In this document: one piece after another, positions 1-8,019 of the stretch
Position numbering within the stretch: the first letter of the stretch is position 1
Layout: every line of letters starts with the position of its first letter
DNA from: Patescibacteria group bacterium
GTDB lineage: Bacteria > Patescibacteriota > Patescibacteriia > PEXW01
Assembly: GCA_041665345.1 (NCBI GenBank)
Contig: JBAYJA010000003.1
Coordinates: 1-39,201, forward strand
DNA length: 39,201 bases
Direction of reading: 5' to 3'
Notes under the pieces: generated by a model
The model's database searches: none
Told to the model about the DNA's origin: nothing
The model's input: the letters and a program-made list of their open reading frames with translations, nothing else
Program-made: the position numbers and the translations under genes

Positions 1-59
1 CTTGCCCTGGAATTCATGCCATCGAAGTAGAACAAGGCTGCTAGAATAGACGCAACCCC

Positions 60-88
60 TTGACAAAAGGGGTATTTGTGCTACACTC
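60..88 (+). promoter_or_regulatory. sigma70-like promoter, TTGACA(60-65)-16 nt-TACACT(82-87)
   Basis: Near-consensus -35 and -10 hexamers with 16-nt spacing, about 35 nt upstream of an SD (AGGAGGG, 113-119) and ATG 123. Confidence 0.5.
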
Positions 89-122
89 AGCAGTTCGAAA
101 AACCCACAAACCAGGAGGGATA

Positions 123-425
123 ATGCGCATACAATGCACTATCACTCTCCGAGGTGTGTACGTCCTGGGCATTGCCAATCAGCCTCAAGTCTTTGTGAGT
201 CGGAATGGCAAGGAAGCTTGGGCAACGTACTACGCGGAGATCACCCTCCATTGGACGGAAGAGATATCAGACATCGCATTGATCGCGATGCAAAAAGTAC
301 ACTCGGACATTCTCTGTCCGCACATTGAAAAACTATTTCCCGACATTTTCTTCTGCGAAGAGATTGATGTCGCGTTTGAAAGGGAGAATATACATGAGAG
401 TAAAATTCACTCTCACCATGGATGA
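123..425 (+). CDS. hypothetical small protein (~100 aa)
   Basis: Internal ATG of ORF 60..425 preceded by strong SD AGGAGGG; no recognisable domain. N-terminus MRIQCTITL resembles that of the next small ORF (MRVKFTLTM). Confidence 0.4.
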   Translation: MRIQCTITLRGVYVLGIANQPQVFVSRNGKEAWATYYAEITLHWTEEISDIALIAMQKVHSDILCPHIEKLFPDIFFCEEIDVAFERENIHESKIHSHHG

Positions 426-630
426 CCTGACCGTCGATGACCAACACTACGACCAAGTGGAAATCGATTGGATTGCTGAGGTGGAAACGCAGGAAGTGCT
501 GGATCTATCCCAGAAGTGGATCACATCACAAAACTTCCTCACCCGCCGCATGATTGGCTTGCAACGGGTTGGTGAGTCATCGCTGACGATCGAGCCGGTG
601 GACGAAACAATTTCCTCGGACTTCGAATAA
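394..630 (+). CDS. hypothetical small protein (~78 aa)
   Basis: Internal ATG of ORF 325..630 preceded by SD AAGGGAG (380-386). Overlaps the end of the previous small ORF in another frame; acidic C-terminus; no recognisable domain. Confidence 0.4.
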   Translation: MRVKFTLTMDDLTVDDQHYDQVEIDWIAEVETQEVLDLSQKWITSQNFLTRRMIGLQRVGESSLTIEPVDETISSDFE

Positions 631-648
631 GTCGTGGGAAAATCAGCA

Positions 649-679
649 GCCCGCTTTCACCAGAGAGTGGGCTTTTTTT
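649..679 (+). terminator. rho-independent terminator-like hairpin (GCCCGCT/AGTGGGC stem, one G-U pair) plus T7 tract
   Basis: 7-bp stem 649-655/666-672, 10-nt loop, TTTTTTT 673-679. The T tract ends immediately before the ATG at 680. Confidence 0.5.
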
Positions 680-1729
680 ATGACAAAATATTGCTTTCCA
701 GGTATACTCCAAAGCACCATGCAAGCAATTGTCTACGAGGGAAAACACAAAATGACACTGCGGCACCTGCCCACGCCAGAGGTGGGACCGGATGACGTGC
801 TGCTCAAAGTCCGGGCAGTGGGCATTTGCGGTACCGACCTCCACATCTACAATGGTGGCACGGCTGTGAAACCCGGCACGGTCATTGGTCATGAGTTCAG
901 CGGTGAGATTGTGCGGGTGGGAAAGAATGTCGCCACCCACCACGTGGGCCAGCGCGCTGTGGGAGAGCATGTCATTACCTGCGGAGACTGCCTGTACTGC
1001 CGCACTGGTAGACCCACGCTCTGCAAGCGCAGCACCGTCATTGGCTTAACTCGGCCAGGCGCACTGGCGGAATACCTGGTGCTCCCAGCCCCACTGGTCT
1101 ACCCCATTGCCGATTCGCTAAATTTTGCCGATGCCGCGCTCATTGAACCCCTCTCCATTGCCGTGTACGCCGCACGGGAGGCGGGCTTCTTGCTGGAGAA
1201 ACGCGTTGGAGTTATTGGCCAGGGACCCATTGGTTTATTCCTGGATCAAGTCCTGCAGGCTGCGGGTGCGCGCGTCATTGGTTTTGACACGCTGGATCAC
1301 CGATTGCAGTTTGCGCAGAAGCAGGGGTGGATTGACCATGCAATTAATCCAAAGGTGGATGATGTTACCCGAGCTGTGGAAGCGATTACACACCATGGGT
1401 TTGAGCTGAGTTTTGAAGCAGTGGGTAATGCCGCAGCCATGCAGCTCGCCCTGGACGTCACGCGCAAGGCTGGGAAAGTGTTCCTGCTTGGGGTGTACGA
1501 GGGGACTGCGGCGCTGGATGTAATGCAAATTGTGAAGAAGGAGCTTACCGTGAGTGGTTCGTGGACCTGCGCTTTTGCGTTTCCAACCGCCATTAAGCTG
1601 GTGGAGCGAGGAAAAGTGGATGTTGCTTCACTGATCACCCATCGCTACGCACTCGCGGACGCACCACAGGCATTTGCTGATGCAGCAACGTACAGCGAAA
1701 AGCGGATTAAGACGGTTATTGAACTGTAA
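680..1729 (+). CDS. Zn-dependent alcohol/polyol dehydrogenase (MDR superfamily; threonine/sorbitol dehydrogenase-like)
   Basis: GICGTDLH and GHEFSGEIV catalytic-Zn motifs; structural-Zn Cys cluster CGDCLYCRTGRPTLC; GVIGQGPIG Rossmann motif; 349 aa. Confidence 0.85.
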   Translation: MTKYCFPGILQSTMQAIVYEGKHKMTLRHLPTPEVGPDDVLLKVRAVGICGTDLHIYNGGTAVKPGTVIGHEFSGEIVRVGKNVATHHVGQRAVGEHVITCGDCLYCRTGRPTLCKRSTVIGLTRPGALAEYLVLPAPLVYPIADSLNFADAALIEPLSIAVYAAREAGFLLEKRVGVIGQGPIGLFLDQVLQAAGARVIGFDTLDHRLQFAQKQGWIDHAINPKVDDVTRAVEAITHHGFELSFEAVGNAAAMQLALDVTRKAGKVFLLGVYEGTAALDVMQIVKKELTVSGSWTCAFAFPTAIKLVERGKVDVASLITHRYALADAPQAFADAATYSEKRIKTVIEL

Positions 1730-1775
1730 GGTAAGGCGTAAAGCCATAAAACAGTAAAGCTATAGAGGTCTTTTT

Positions 1776-1870
1776 CTTGTCATCCTGAGTCATACGAAGG
1801 ATCTTGCTTTTCGTATGAAACCAGCAGCAGGATCCTTCGTCGCAGACTCCTCAGGATGACAGAAAAGGAA
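1776..1870. repeat. imperfect palindromic ~95-bp structured element, copy 1
   Basis: Perfect 12-bp outer stem TGTCATCCTGAG(1779-1790)/CTCAGGATGACA(1850-1861) enclosing inner stems CGAAGGATC/GATCCTTCG and TCATACGA/TCGTATGA. Left arm nearly identical to the element at 16423-16520. Confidence 0.6.
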
Positions 1871-1886
1871 ACTTGGATCCCACCCT

Positions 1887-1906
1887 CCCCAATTCGTAAT
1901 TCGTAA
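1887..1906 (+). promoter_or_regulatory. ATTCGTA direct heptamer repeats (2-3 units), candidate operator upstream of galU
   Basis: AATTCGTAATTCGTAATCC about 55-70 nt upstream of the galU ATG; the same heptamer is repeated 5x at 15205-15258. Confidence 0.35.
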
Positions 1907-1960
1907 TCCTAGTCATTACATTCGCCAAAAAACCCAAAAGTTAGTATAATATCTCCGTGC

Positions 1961-2872
1961 ATGGAGGGTTTTTCTTCACGTTCACCACACGTTCCTATGC
2001 AGAAGATTCGCAAAGCAATTATCCCCGCGGCTGGCCTTGGCACGCGTTTTTTGCCGGCAACCAAAGCCATGCCCAAGGAAATGCTGCCTATTGTTGATAA
2101 ACCCATCATCCAGTACGTCGTGGAGGAAGCGGTCGCCTCTGGCATTGAAGACGTCATTATTGTTACCAGCTCAAACAAACGTTCGTTGGAAGACCATTTT
2201 GACTATCCCTACGAAATTGAAAAGAAGTTGGAAGAAGCGGGGAAAAGCGAACAAGCAGAAGAGCTCCGGCGCATTTCCCGCATGGCCAACTTCATTTACA
2301 TTCGCCAGCGTGGCGCCTACGGCAACGCCTCTCCAGTACTAACGGCAAAACACCTGGTGCGGGGTGAACCGTTTGCGGTGCTGTGGGGCGATGAATTTAT
2401 TCATGCCAATCCCCCACGCCTGAAGCAAATGGTGGACGTCTACGAGAAGTATGGCAAGTCCGTCATAAGTGCCGTCCGCATTCCCGAACCTGCGGATGTG
2501 TCGAAGTACGGCATTGCAGATGTTGAACCAGTAGAAGATGCGGTTTTTCGGATAAAGCAGATTGTCGAAAAGCCAAAACCCGAAGAAGCACCATCGAACT
2601 TAGCCGCGCATGGGGCATACATTCTCACACCCGAGATCTTCACCCACCTGGGCGCCTTGCAGCCTGGTAAGGGTGGCGAGCTGTGGCTCGTTGACGCTAT
2701 TAATGCGCTTATGGCAGTTGACGATGTCTACGCCAAAGAAATTGTGGGTGGCAACTATTACGACACGGGAAATAAGTTTGACTACCTTCGTGCGAATATT
2801 GAATTTGCCCTGGAACGCCCGGATTTAAAGGACAAACTCATGACCTACCTTCGCCTGCGCGTGCAAAAATAA
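1961..2872 (+). CDS. galU: UTP--glucose-1-phosphate uridylyltransferase
   Basis: Canonical GalU N-terminal core KAIIPAAGLGTRFLPATKAMPKEMLPIVDKP and full-length match to the GalU nucleotidyltransferase fold. A perfect TATAAT (1945-1950) lies 10 nt before ATG 1961, suggesting a leaderless start. The in-frame ATG 1997 (MQKIRKA...) matches the N-terminus of homologs better and is an alternative start. Confidence 0.9.
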   Translation: MEGFSSRSPHVPMQKIRKAIIPAAGLGTRFLPATKAMPKEMLPIVDKPIIQYVVEEAVASGIEDVIIVTSSNKRSLEDHFDYPYEIEKKLEEAGKSEQAEELRRISRMANFIYIRQRGAYGNASPVLTAKHLVRGEPFAVLWGDEFIHANPPRLKQMVDVYEKYGKSVISAVRIPEPADVSKYGIADVEPVEDAVFRIKQIVEKPKPEEAPSNLAAHGAYILTPEIFTHLGALQPGKGGELWLVDAINALMAVDDVYAKEIVGGNYYDTGNKFDYLRANIEFALERPDLKDKLMTYLRLRVQK

Positions 2873-2874
2873 GT

Positions 2875-4278
2875 ATGGATGATTTCAAAAAACGCATGGT
2901 ATTGCTTGGCGGTCTCCTAGGCCTTGTCATCGTGCTCATTATTGGCTACCAAATCTTTCAACGCTCACGAACCGGGGCAGTAGATTGCTCTTCGTCACCG
3001 GTGAAGCGAGTGGAGCTTTCCTGGTGGGGACACCTGGGTGAGGATCAAGCTCAAGCGTTCATTAACGCATACACCAGCCGCCGGCCCTACGTTACCATTA
3101 CCTACCGCAAATTGAGCGAGACGGACAGTGACCAGCAACTCATTGAGGCCTGGGCACGCGGAACCGGTCCGGACATCTACAGCGTGAAGAATGAGCAACT
3201 ACGGTACTTCACCGCATCAGGTTTGGTGACTCCCATGCCTGCCACCACCACCAGCTACACGTACACGGTGAAAAAAGTCTGGGGCATTAAAGAGGAGTTG
3301 AGCGTGTGCAAGCAAACCAAACCTCTGCCAACGTTAGAGTCATTGAAGAGCACCTTCGTTGCTGGAGCCGTGGAAGATATGGCGAAGAACGGGCAAATTG
3401 TTGGCTACCCGCTGAACTTCGACAGCGTGGCTATGTTCTACAACCAGAAGATGCTTGATGATGCGGGCATCCTCACCCCGCCCAGAACGTGGGTAGACTT
3501 TGCGGAGAAGGTGGTACCCAAGCTCACCCTGGAAGATGCGAGCGGCAATCTCACTCGTTCCGGTGCGGCCATGGGTCGGGGGACGAACGTGCTTCGGAAC
3601 CCGGAAATCGTCGCTGGGCTGCTCCAGCAGTACAATGTGCCACTGACTGATGCAACGGGCACGCAAGTGGCCTTTGGCAGCGGTACCAATGCACAAGCCG
3701 TCCTCACCTTGGCAGCAAGCTTCGGTATGCCCACCAAACGAAATTACAGCTGGAACGCCACTTTCCCTGAATCACTTGAGGCTCTGGCACAGGGCAAAGC
3801 CGCCGTGGCCTTTGGCACGCGTGAAGACTACCAAAAAGTGGTAAACCAAACCACCGGCACGGATATCCGCGTGGCTCCCTTCCCCCAAGCTGCTGCCAAC
3901 GGCACCACGTACGTGGCCAACTACTGGCTGGAAACAGTTGCCCGCGCTGCCAAAGACCCAAATGTGGCCTGGGACTTCCTCCGCACGATCGCTGACCCAA
4001 CGCAAGCAAAAATCATCACCGATACGGACACTCCGGCTGCCCGAACTTTAGTGCAGACTGCACGAGGCACAGAAGAGGAGAATCTCTCCATTGCCCAGGT
4101 CTTCGCGCGCCAAGCTGCAACTGCAAAGCCGTGGTACACGGGTGTCAATGCAACCAAGGGCCGCGAGGCGCTGAACACGCTCATTGACACTATTGGCGAT
4201 CAGAAGGAACCAATTGCCCAAGCAATTGAACGCGCCCAAGCACTCTTCCAAATCTCGCTGCGTATACCTGGCCGATGA
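2875..4278 (+). CDS. extracellular solute-binding protein (ABC transporter SBP family 1-like) with N-terminal membrane anchor
   Basis: N-terminal hydrophobic helix LLGGLLGLVIVLIIGY followed by a ~430-aa soluble domain with sugar-SBP-like composition (many aromatic/Gly/Thr residues, GYPLNFDSVAMFYNQKML). No permease or ATPase gene is adjacent. Confidence 0.65.
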   Translation: MDDFKKRMVLLGGLLGLVIVLIIGYQIFQRSRTGAVDCSSSPVKRVELSWWGHLGEDQAQAFINAYTSRRPYVTITYRKLSETDSDQQLIEAWARGTGPDIYSVKNEQLRYFTASGLVTPMPATTTSYTYTVKKVWGIKEELSVCKQTKPLPTLESLKSTFVAGAVEDMAKNGQIVGYPLNFDSVAMFYNQKMLDDAGILTPPRTWVDFAEKVVPKLTLEDASGNLTRSGAAMGRGTNVLRNPEIVAGLLQQYNVPLTDATGTQVAFGSGTNAQAVLTLAASFGMPTKRNYSWNATFPESLEALAQGKAAVAFGTREDYQKVVNQTTGTDIRVAPFPQAAANGTTYVANYWLETVARAAKDPNVAWDFLRTIADPTQAKIITDTDTPAARTLVQTARGTEEENLSIAQVFARQAATAKPWYTGVNATKGREALNTLIDTIGDQKEPIAQAIERAQALFQISLRIPGR

Positions 4279-5072
4279 AACGTTTTCTTCTCACTCTTAC
4301 AATTGCACTGAGCGCACTGCTTGTCTTTCCGGCTACAAGCAATGCGGCCAACCTCCCCCCAATTATTCCTGGGTGTGACCAAACCCAGTACACCGTATCA
4401 GGCACCAATGGAAATAAGGAAACGATCCCCCCTGGAACAATCATCGATTCGTCGCTGTACGGCACGGACGCATTCCCCTTAACGACCGTAACGGTTACTG
4501 GCTACTCGCTGAGTCGTGACTGCCAACTCACAGACTTCTTACAAGTGTTCATCAACCTCTACTCCTGGGGCTTGTACATCATCTCGGTTCTGGCACTGGT
4601 CTTCATGTTCGTGGGCGGTGGGACGTTGCTCTTTGCCGCTGGCAGTGAAGAGCGAGTACGCACAGGGAAAACAGTGCTAAAAAATACCATACTTGGTCTC
4701 CTGATTGCCCTGAGTAGTTGGATCATTGTGAACTTGGCGCTCGTCGCTATTCTCCCGGACACGGAAGAAAATCGCAAAGACGGCGTTGCGCATATCATTA
4801 AGAACCAACCATGGTTCAAGGTGGAAAATGATGCGCCCGCGTGTCAACCGAATGTTTCTCCAACCTATGGTTGCAAAAGCCAAACGGTGCGCGACTACCA
4901 AACAAAGCTTTCCAGCAAGCGTTGCTTCCCAAGTCCAAATGGAGAAAATATCACCAGTATTTTTGACAACAACACCATGGCTGCGTGGCTGAATTTACAA
5001 GGGGTAAACAAGGTGGTTCCGCCAACCAACCGATTAGAAGATCCGGATAATTACTCCGTCTCCTGCTTGTAA
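4275..5072 (+). CDS. pilin-like membrane protein (TrbC/VirB2-type T4SS pilin-like core) with signal peptide and Cys-containing C-terminal extension
   Basis: Signal peptide (...PATSNA); core of two TM helices flanking GGGTLLFAAGSEERVRTGKTVLKN, resembling the two downstream small pilin-like ORFs; start overlaps the SBP stop by 4 nt (ATGA). Confidence 0.55.
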   Translation: MKRFLLTLTIALSALLVFPATSNAANLPPIIPGCDQTQYTVSGTNGNKETIPPGTIIDSSLYGTDAFPLTTVTVTGYSLSRDCQLTDFLQVFINLYSWGLYIISVLALVFMFVGGGTLLFAAGSEERVRTGKTVLKNTILGLLIALSSWIIVNLALVAILPDTEENRKDGVAHIIKNQPWFKVENDAPACQPNVSPTYGCKSQTVRDYQTKLSSKRCFPSPNGENITSIFDNNTMAAWLNLQGVNKVVPPTNRLEDPDNYSVSCL

Positions 5073-5094
5073 TTTTTTTAACTACCTTCAGCGT

Positions 5095-5427
5095 ATGCGC
5101 ATCCTACAATCTCTTAAACTCAGTCTCATCGCCTTCGCCCTGCCCCTCACCACACGCGCGGCAGAATTGACCAATCCCTTAGGCGTGGATGACGCCAAGG
5201 AGTTCGTGGTTCGCGTGCTCCGCTACTCCTTGGGCCTTTTGGGTGTGGTCGCGCTCATTATGATCCTCTACGGTGGTTTCCTCATGCTCACGTCCGCGGG
5301 GAGCGCAGACCAAATTAAGAAAGCGAAAGGAACCATCATCTGGGCTGCAGTTGGCATTGCGGTCATTCTGCTCAGCTGGACTATCCTCCAGTATATTTTC
5401 CAAACTTTGAACGAGGTGGCAAGCTAA
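5095..5427 (+). CDS. TrbC/VirB2-like (T4SS-type) pilin-like protein, paralog 2
   Basis: 110 aa. Signal peptide, then motif LLGVVALIMILYGGFLMLTSAGSADQIKKAKGTIIWAAVGIAVILLSW (two TM helices with a short basic loop), typical of VirB2/TrbC-family pilins abundant in CPR genomes. Confidence 0.65.
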   Translation: MRILQSLKLSLIAFALPLTTRAAELTNPLGVDDAKEFVVRVLRYSLGLLGVVALIMILYGGFLMLTSAGSADQIKKAKGTIIWAAVGIAVILLSWTILQYIFQTLNEVAS

Positions 5428-5537
5428 ATTCCTGGACGAAAGAGCTTGTAAAGTGGTATAGTAGCGCTGCTCTCGTCAATGTGCTGACCAAAGGAACATT
5501 CAAGTACCTGTATTAATCGAAAGGGGGTGCAAGTAAA

Positions 5538-5894
5538 ATGAAACTCAACCGCAAACTTTTGGCAGGCGCCATCTCCGTCGGCGTCCTCGCCCTTCCCTTC
5601 GCTGCTTCAGCTATAACGATTGAAAACGTCGGTGGCACGCTGACCCTCGGTTCCGCTGATTTGAAGCAGACTGTCCTGAACATTATTACCTTTGTCTTGG
5701 GCCTCCTCGGGCTCATCGCCGTCATCATGATTCTCTACGGCGGCTTCATCTGGCTCACGGCCGGTGGCAACGAAGACAAAGTGTCTTCTGCAAAACGGAT
5801 TATCTCCTCAGCCATCGTTGGCTTGGTAGTCATCCTGATCTCCTGGGCAATCGTGAACTTCGTCGTGAAGAGCACGGTCAACGTTACCGCCTAG
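5538..5894 (+). CDS. TrbC/VirB2-like (T4SS-type) pilin-like protein, paralog 3
   Basis: 118 aa. Signal peptide; LLGLIAVIMILYGGFIWLTAGGNEDKVSSAKRIISSAIVGLVVILISW is clearly paralogous to 5095..5427. SD AAGGGGGTG precedes the ATG. Confidence 0.65.
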   Translation: MKLNRKLLAGAISVGVLALPFAASAITIENVGGTLTLGSADLKQTVLNIITFVLGLLGLIAVIMILYGGFIWLTAGGNEDKVSSAKRIISSAIVGLVVILISWAIVNFVVKSTVNVTA

Positions 5895-5923
5895 TAATCA
5901 ACATTCGTGAACAAACAAACCAG

Positions 5924-5950
5924 CCGTTCCACACCCGTGGGACGGTTTTG
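5924..5950 (+). terminator. rho-independent terminator after the pilin-like gene triplet
   Basis: Stem CCGTTCC(5924-5930)/GGGACGG(5939-5945) with one G-U pair, 8-nt loop, TTTT 5946-5949. Confidence 0.45.
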
Positions 5951-6030
5951 GGATAAAGGAAAAAATAGGGTTTTGGTGTAGCGGCGAGTGGAGTTCATGG
6001 GTGGGGGTGGGGAAGTGTTTTATTAGTCAG

Positions 6031-6114
6031 CCATACCCTCTACCCATACCTTCCTACTATACTCGCTGCCACACCCAAACCTTCTACCTCTCCAATACGG
6101 TATACTACCCGCAT
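6031..6114 (+). promoter_or_regulatory. conserved C-rich upstream element, copy A (shared promoter/leader module abutting an ATG with no SD)
   Basis: ...CCTCTACCCATACC...ATACTCGCTGCCACACCCAAACCTTCTACCTCTCCAATACGGTATACTACCCGCAT|ATG. Near-identical element in inverted orientation at 14943-15035 and a shorter copy at 31035-31097. Contains TATACT (-10-like) 8 nt before the ATG. Confidence 0.6.
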
Positions 6115-8019
6115 ATGCGCACCCGTATCGCTCTCTCCTTCCTTGGTCTTATTGGACTTGCTGTGCTTTGCTGGACGCTCCTGTTAGCAAACGCAAAACT
6201 CCACGCTGGCGTAACGAATGCACTGGATCTTGGTATTTACACCCAGGTGGCATGGCTATCTGGACATGGACATATTTTTGGTTTTACCATCCACCCCCAC
6301 CTCTACCTGGGTGACCATGTTGAATTTTTGTTCGTACTTGCTGCTCTCCCCTTCCGGCTGTTCCCCTGGCCTCTGACACTCGTTGCGCTGCAAGGATTGG
6401 CAGTCGTGGGTGCAGCATTTGCGCTCTACACCTTCTGCTTGCGTGTGGGATTAGCTACCAAGAGTAGCTTGGTTTGGGCAAGCATTTTCCTTCTCAACCC
6501 CTTCACGCTCAACGCGCTTGTTTTCGAGTTCCACGCATTGCTCTTTGCATTACCGTTCGTCTTTCTCGCAGCAATTGCCTACCAGAAAAAAACCTACAAT
6601 ACTTTTTGGCTATGGTTAATCGTCGTCCTCCTTGCGCGGGAAGATGCCAGCATTTTTGTGGCTAGCTTTGCCGTGCTGGGTCTGCTGGAGCGTCGCTCAC
6701 TCCGCTGGTGGCTGTGGCCAGGAATCGTTGCGGTCCTTTGGTTCTTTGGTACCTCACTACTCGCCGGGGCAATCAACGGTGAAGGGTACAAATTCCTGAG
6801 CCTGCTTTCGGGCGAGAGCAGCGCTGGTGGGTCACTTCGTAATATTCTGTTAGTGTTCAACCTTGGCAATGTCCTAGTGCTCATTGCGCTCCTCATAGGA
6901 ATGGTTGGCCTGCCTCTGCTCGCCTGGCGCTGGGCAGTGACGCTGCTCGTACCGTTCTTCGCCCTTGGTTTGGCTGGGTTGCAGGGAGGAGACCTGATTC
7001 TCCAAACCCACTACGCCGTGTTCTTCTTACCTATGCTGTTCTGCAGTGCGGTACTTGGGTGGCACTCCTTCACCTCCCGCCCTCCAAGCTGGGCACATAC
7101 CCTGGGTGAACACCTGCGTCCACTCAGTTGGATAACGCTCGGCGTCGTTTCGGTGTACGGTCTACTAACCTTCGGCCCAACCATTGGGGCAATCCAAGCC
7201 TGGCGAGCTATCACCCCGGCGCAGCAGGCCAAAGGCGCGGCAATGCAAAGTTTGCGCAATGCAACTGCCCCATCCGCGAGCGTCCTGGCTGGCTATGGCA
7301 CGCTGCCGCTGTTCAGCGCAAGGGCGAATATCTACGCCAGCCACTACGCTTTCCTGGGCAAACGGCAGTACAGTGATCAAGACTATCCCCTACCCAGCAA
7401 ACTTGACCTGGCTGTGCTGGATGCTGAAGACTTTGTCACCTACCAAGTCCAGTTTGCAAAAAAACCTTCCCGTGCCACTGACTACCTGACTGGCGTCAAA
7501 CGCTTTACCGACCTGCTTGCCGCACACCAGCTCCGGCTCACCAGCATTGATGACACGCTGCTGACGTTTACCACCCAGGGAACTGACCTCTTCCCACAGG
7601 TGGTAACGCAACGCACACGCGAGCCACTCAGCGGGGTGGAATTCCTCATCCAAACGCCCGCGCCTGCAATCCAAATCGCGGATGGCAAAACAACCCTACC
7701 CATCATCGCCCAAGTTGGAAACCCCTCACTAGCAAATCTCCAACTTGAACTTCGCTGGTTCAATGCTTCTCACCAGCTGCTGGAAACCCGCTACCTGCCG
7801 CTCGGGTACGGATTGTACCCAACTTCTGCCTGGAAAAATACTGACGAAATAACCACCAACTTCACACTCGTGGTCCCAGATGAAGCCGCCTCTGGCGAAC
7901 TGCGGGCGATCATCCCCAGCGGCCACCTGGCTCTCAATGGTTGGCGTGCAGCTGAAGTCAAACTCGACAAAGATACCCAGCAGATTGGTTTGCCAGTAAC
8001 GGTGGAGGTAGAACGTTAA
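6115..8019 (+). CDS. polytopic membrane protein, DUF2079-like (putative membrane glycosyltransferase) with C-terminal extracytoplasmic domain
   Basis: About 10 predicted TM helices in the first ~330 aa; ALDLGIYTQVAW...HPHLYLGDHVEF loop motif reminiscent of DUF2079; C-terminal ~300 aa soluble. The 5' part of the ORF-track call (6001-6114) is the noncoding conserved element. Confidence 0.55.
   Translation: MRTRIALSFLGLIGLAVLCWTLLLANAKLHAGVTNALDLGIYTQVAWLSGHGHIFGFTIHPHLYLGDHVEFLFVLAALPFRLFPWPLTLVALQGLAVVGAAFALYTFCLRVGLATKSSLVWASIFLLNPFTLNALVFEFHALLFALPFVFLAAIAYQKKTYNTFWLWLIVVLLAREDASIFVASFAVLGLLERRSLRWWLWPGIVAVLWFFGTSLLAGAINGEGYKFLSLLSGESSAGGSLRNILLVFNLGNVLVLIALLIGMVGLPLLAWRWAVTLLVPFFALGLAGLQGGDLILQTHYAVFFLPMLFCSAVLGWHSFTSRPPSWAHTLGEHLRPLSWITLGVVSVYGLLTFGPTIGAIQAWRAITPAQQAKGAAMQSLRNATAPSASVLAGYGTLPLFSARANIYASHYAFLGKRQYSDQDYPLPSKLDLAVLDAEDFVTYQVQFAKKPSRATDYLTGVKRFTDLLAAHQLRLTSIDDTLLTFTTQGTDLFPQVVTQRTREPLSGVEFLIQTPAPAIQIADGKTTLPIIAQVGNPSLANLQLELRWFNASHQLLETRYLPLGYGLYPTSAWKNTDEITTNFTLVVPDEAASGELRAIIPSGHLALNGWRAAEVKLDKDTQQIGLPVTVEVER

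Noticed and set aside
5985-6020. G-run cluster (GGGTGGGGGTGGGG) as a G-quadruplex
   Set aside because: Only three clear G-tracts; more simply it is the complement-type composition next to the C-rich conserved element.
6001-6114. N-terminal extensions of ORF-track calls (6001.., ..15122, 30958..) that translate to the similar peptides YTRCHTQTFYLSNTVYY / HTRCHTQTLHPSNTVYF / TRCHNQTLTPL
   Set aside because: The similarity comes from the repeated noncoding upstream element read in frame, not from a protein domain. Real starts are the ATGs at 6115, 14942 and 31098.
8016-8019. 4-nt overlap of convergent stop codons (TTAA) between the genes at 6115..8019 and 8016..9680
   Set aside because: Real but unremarkable: it only means there is no intergenic terminator, so it is not listed as a finding.
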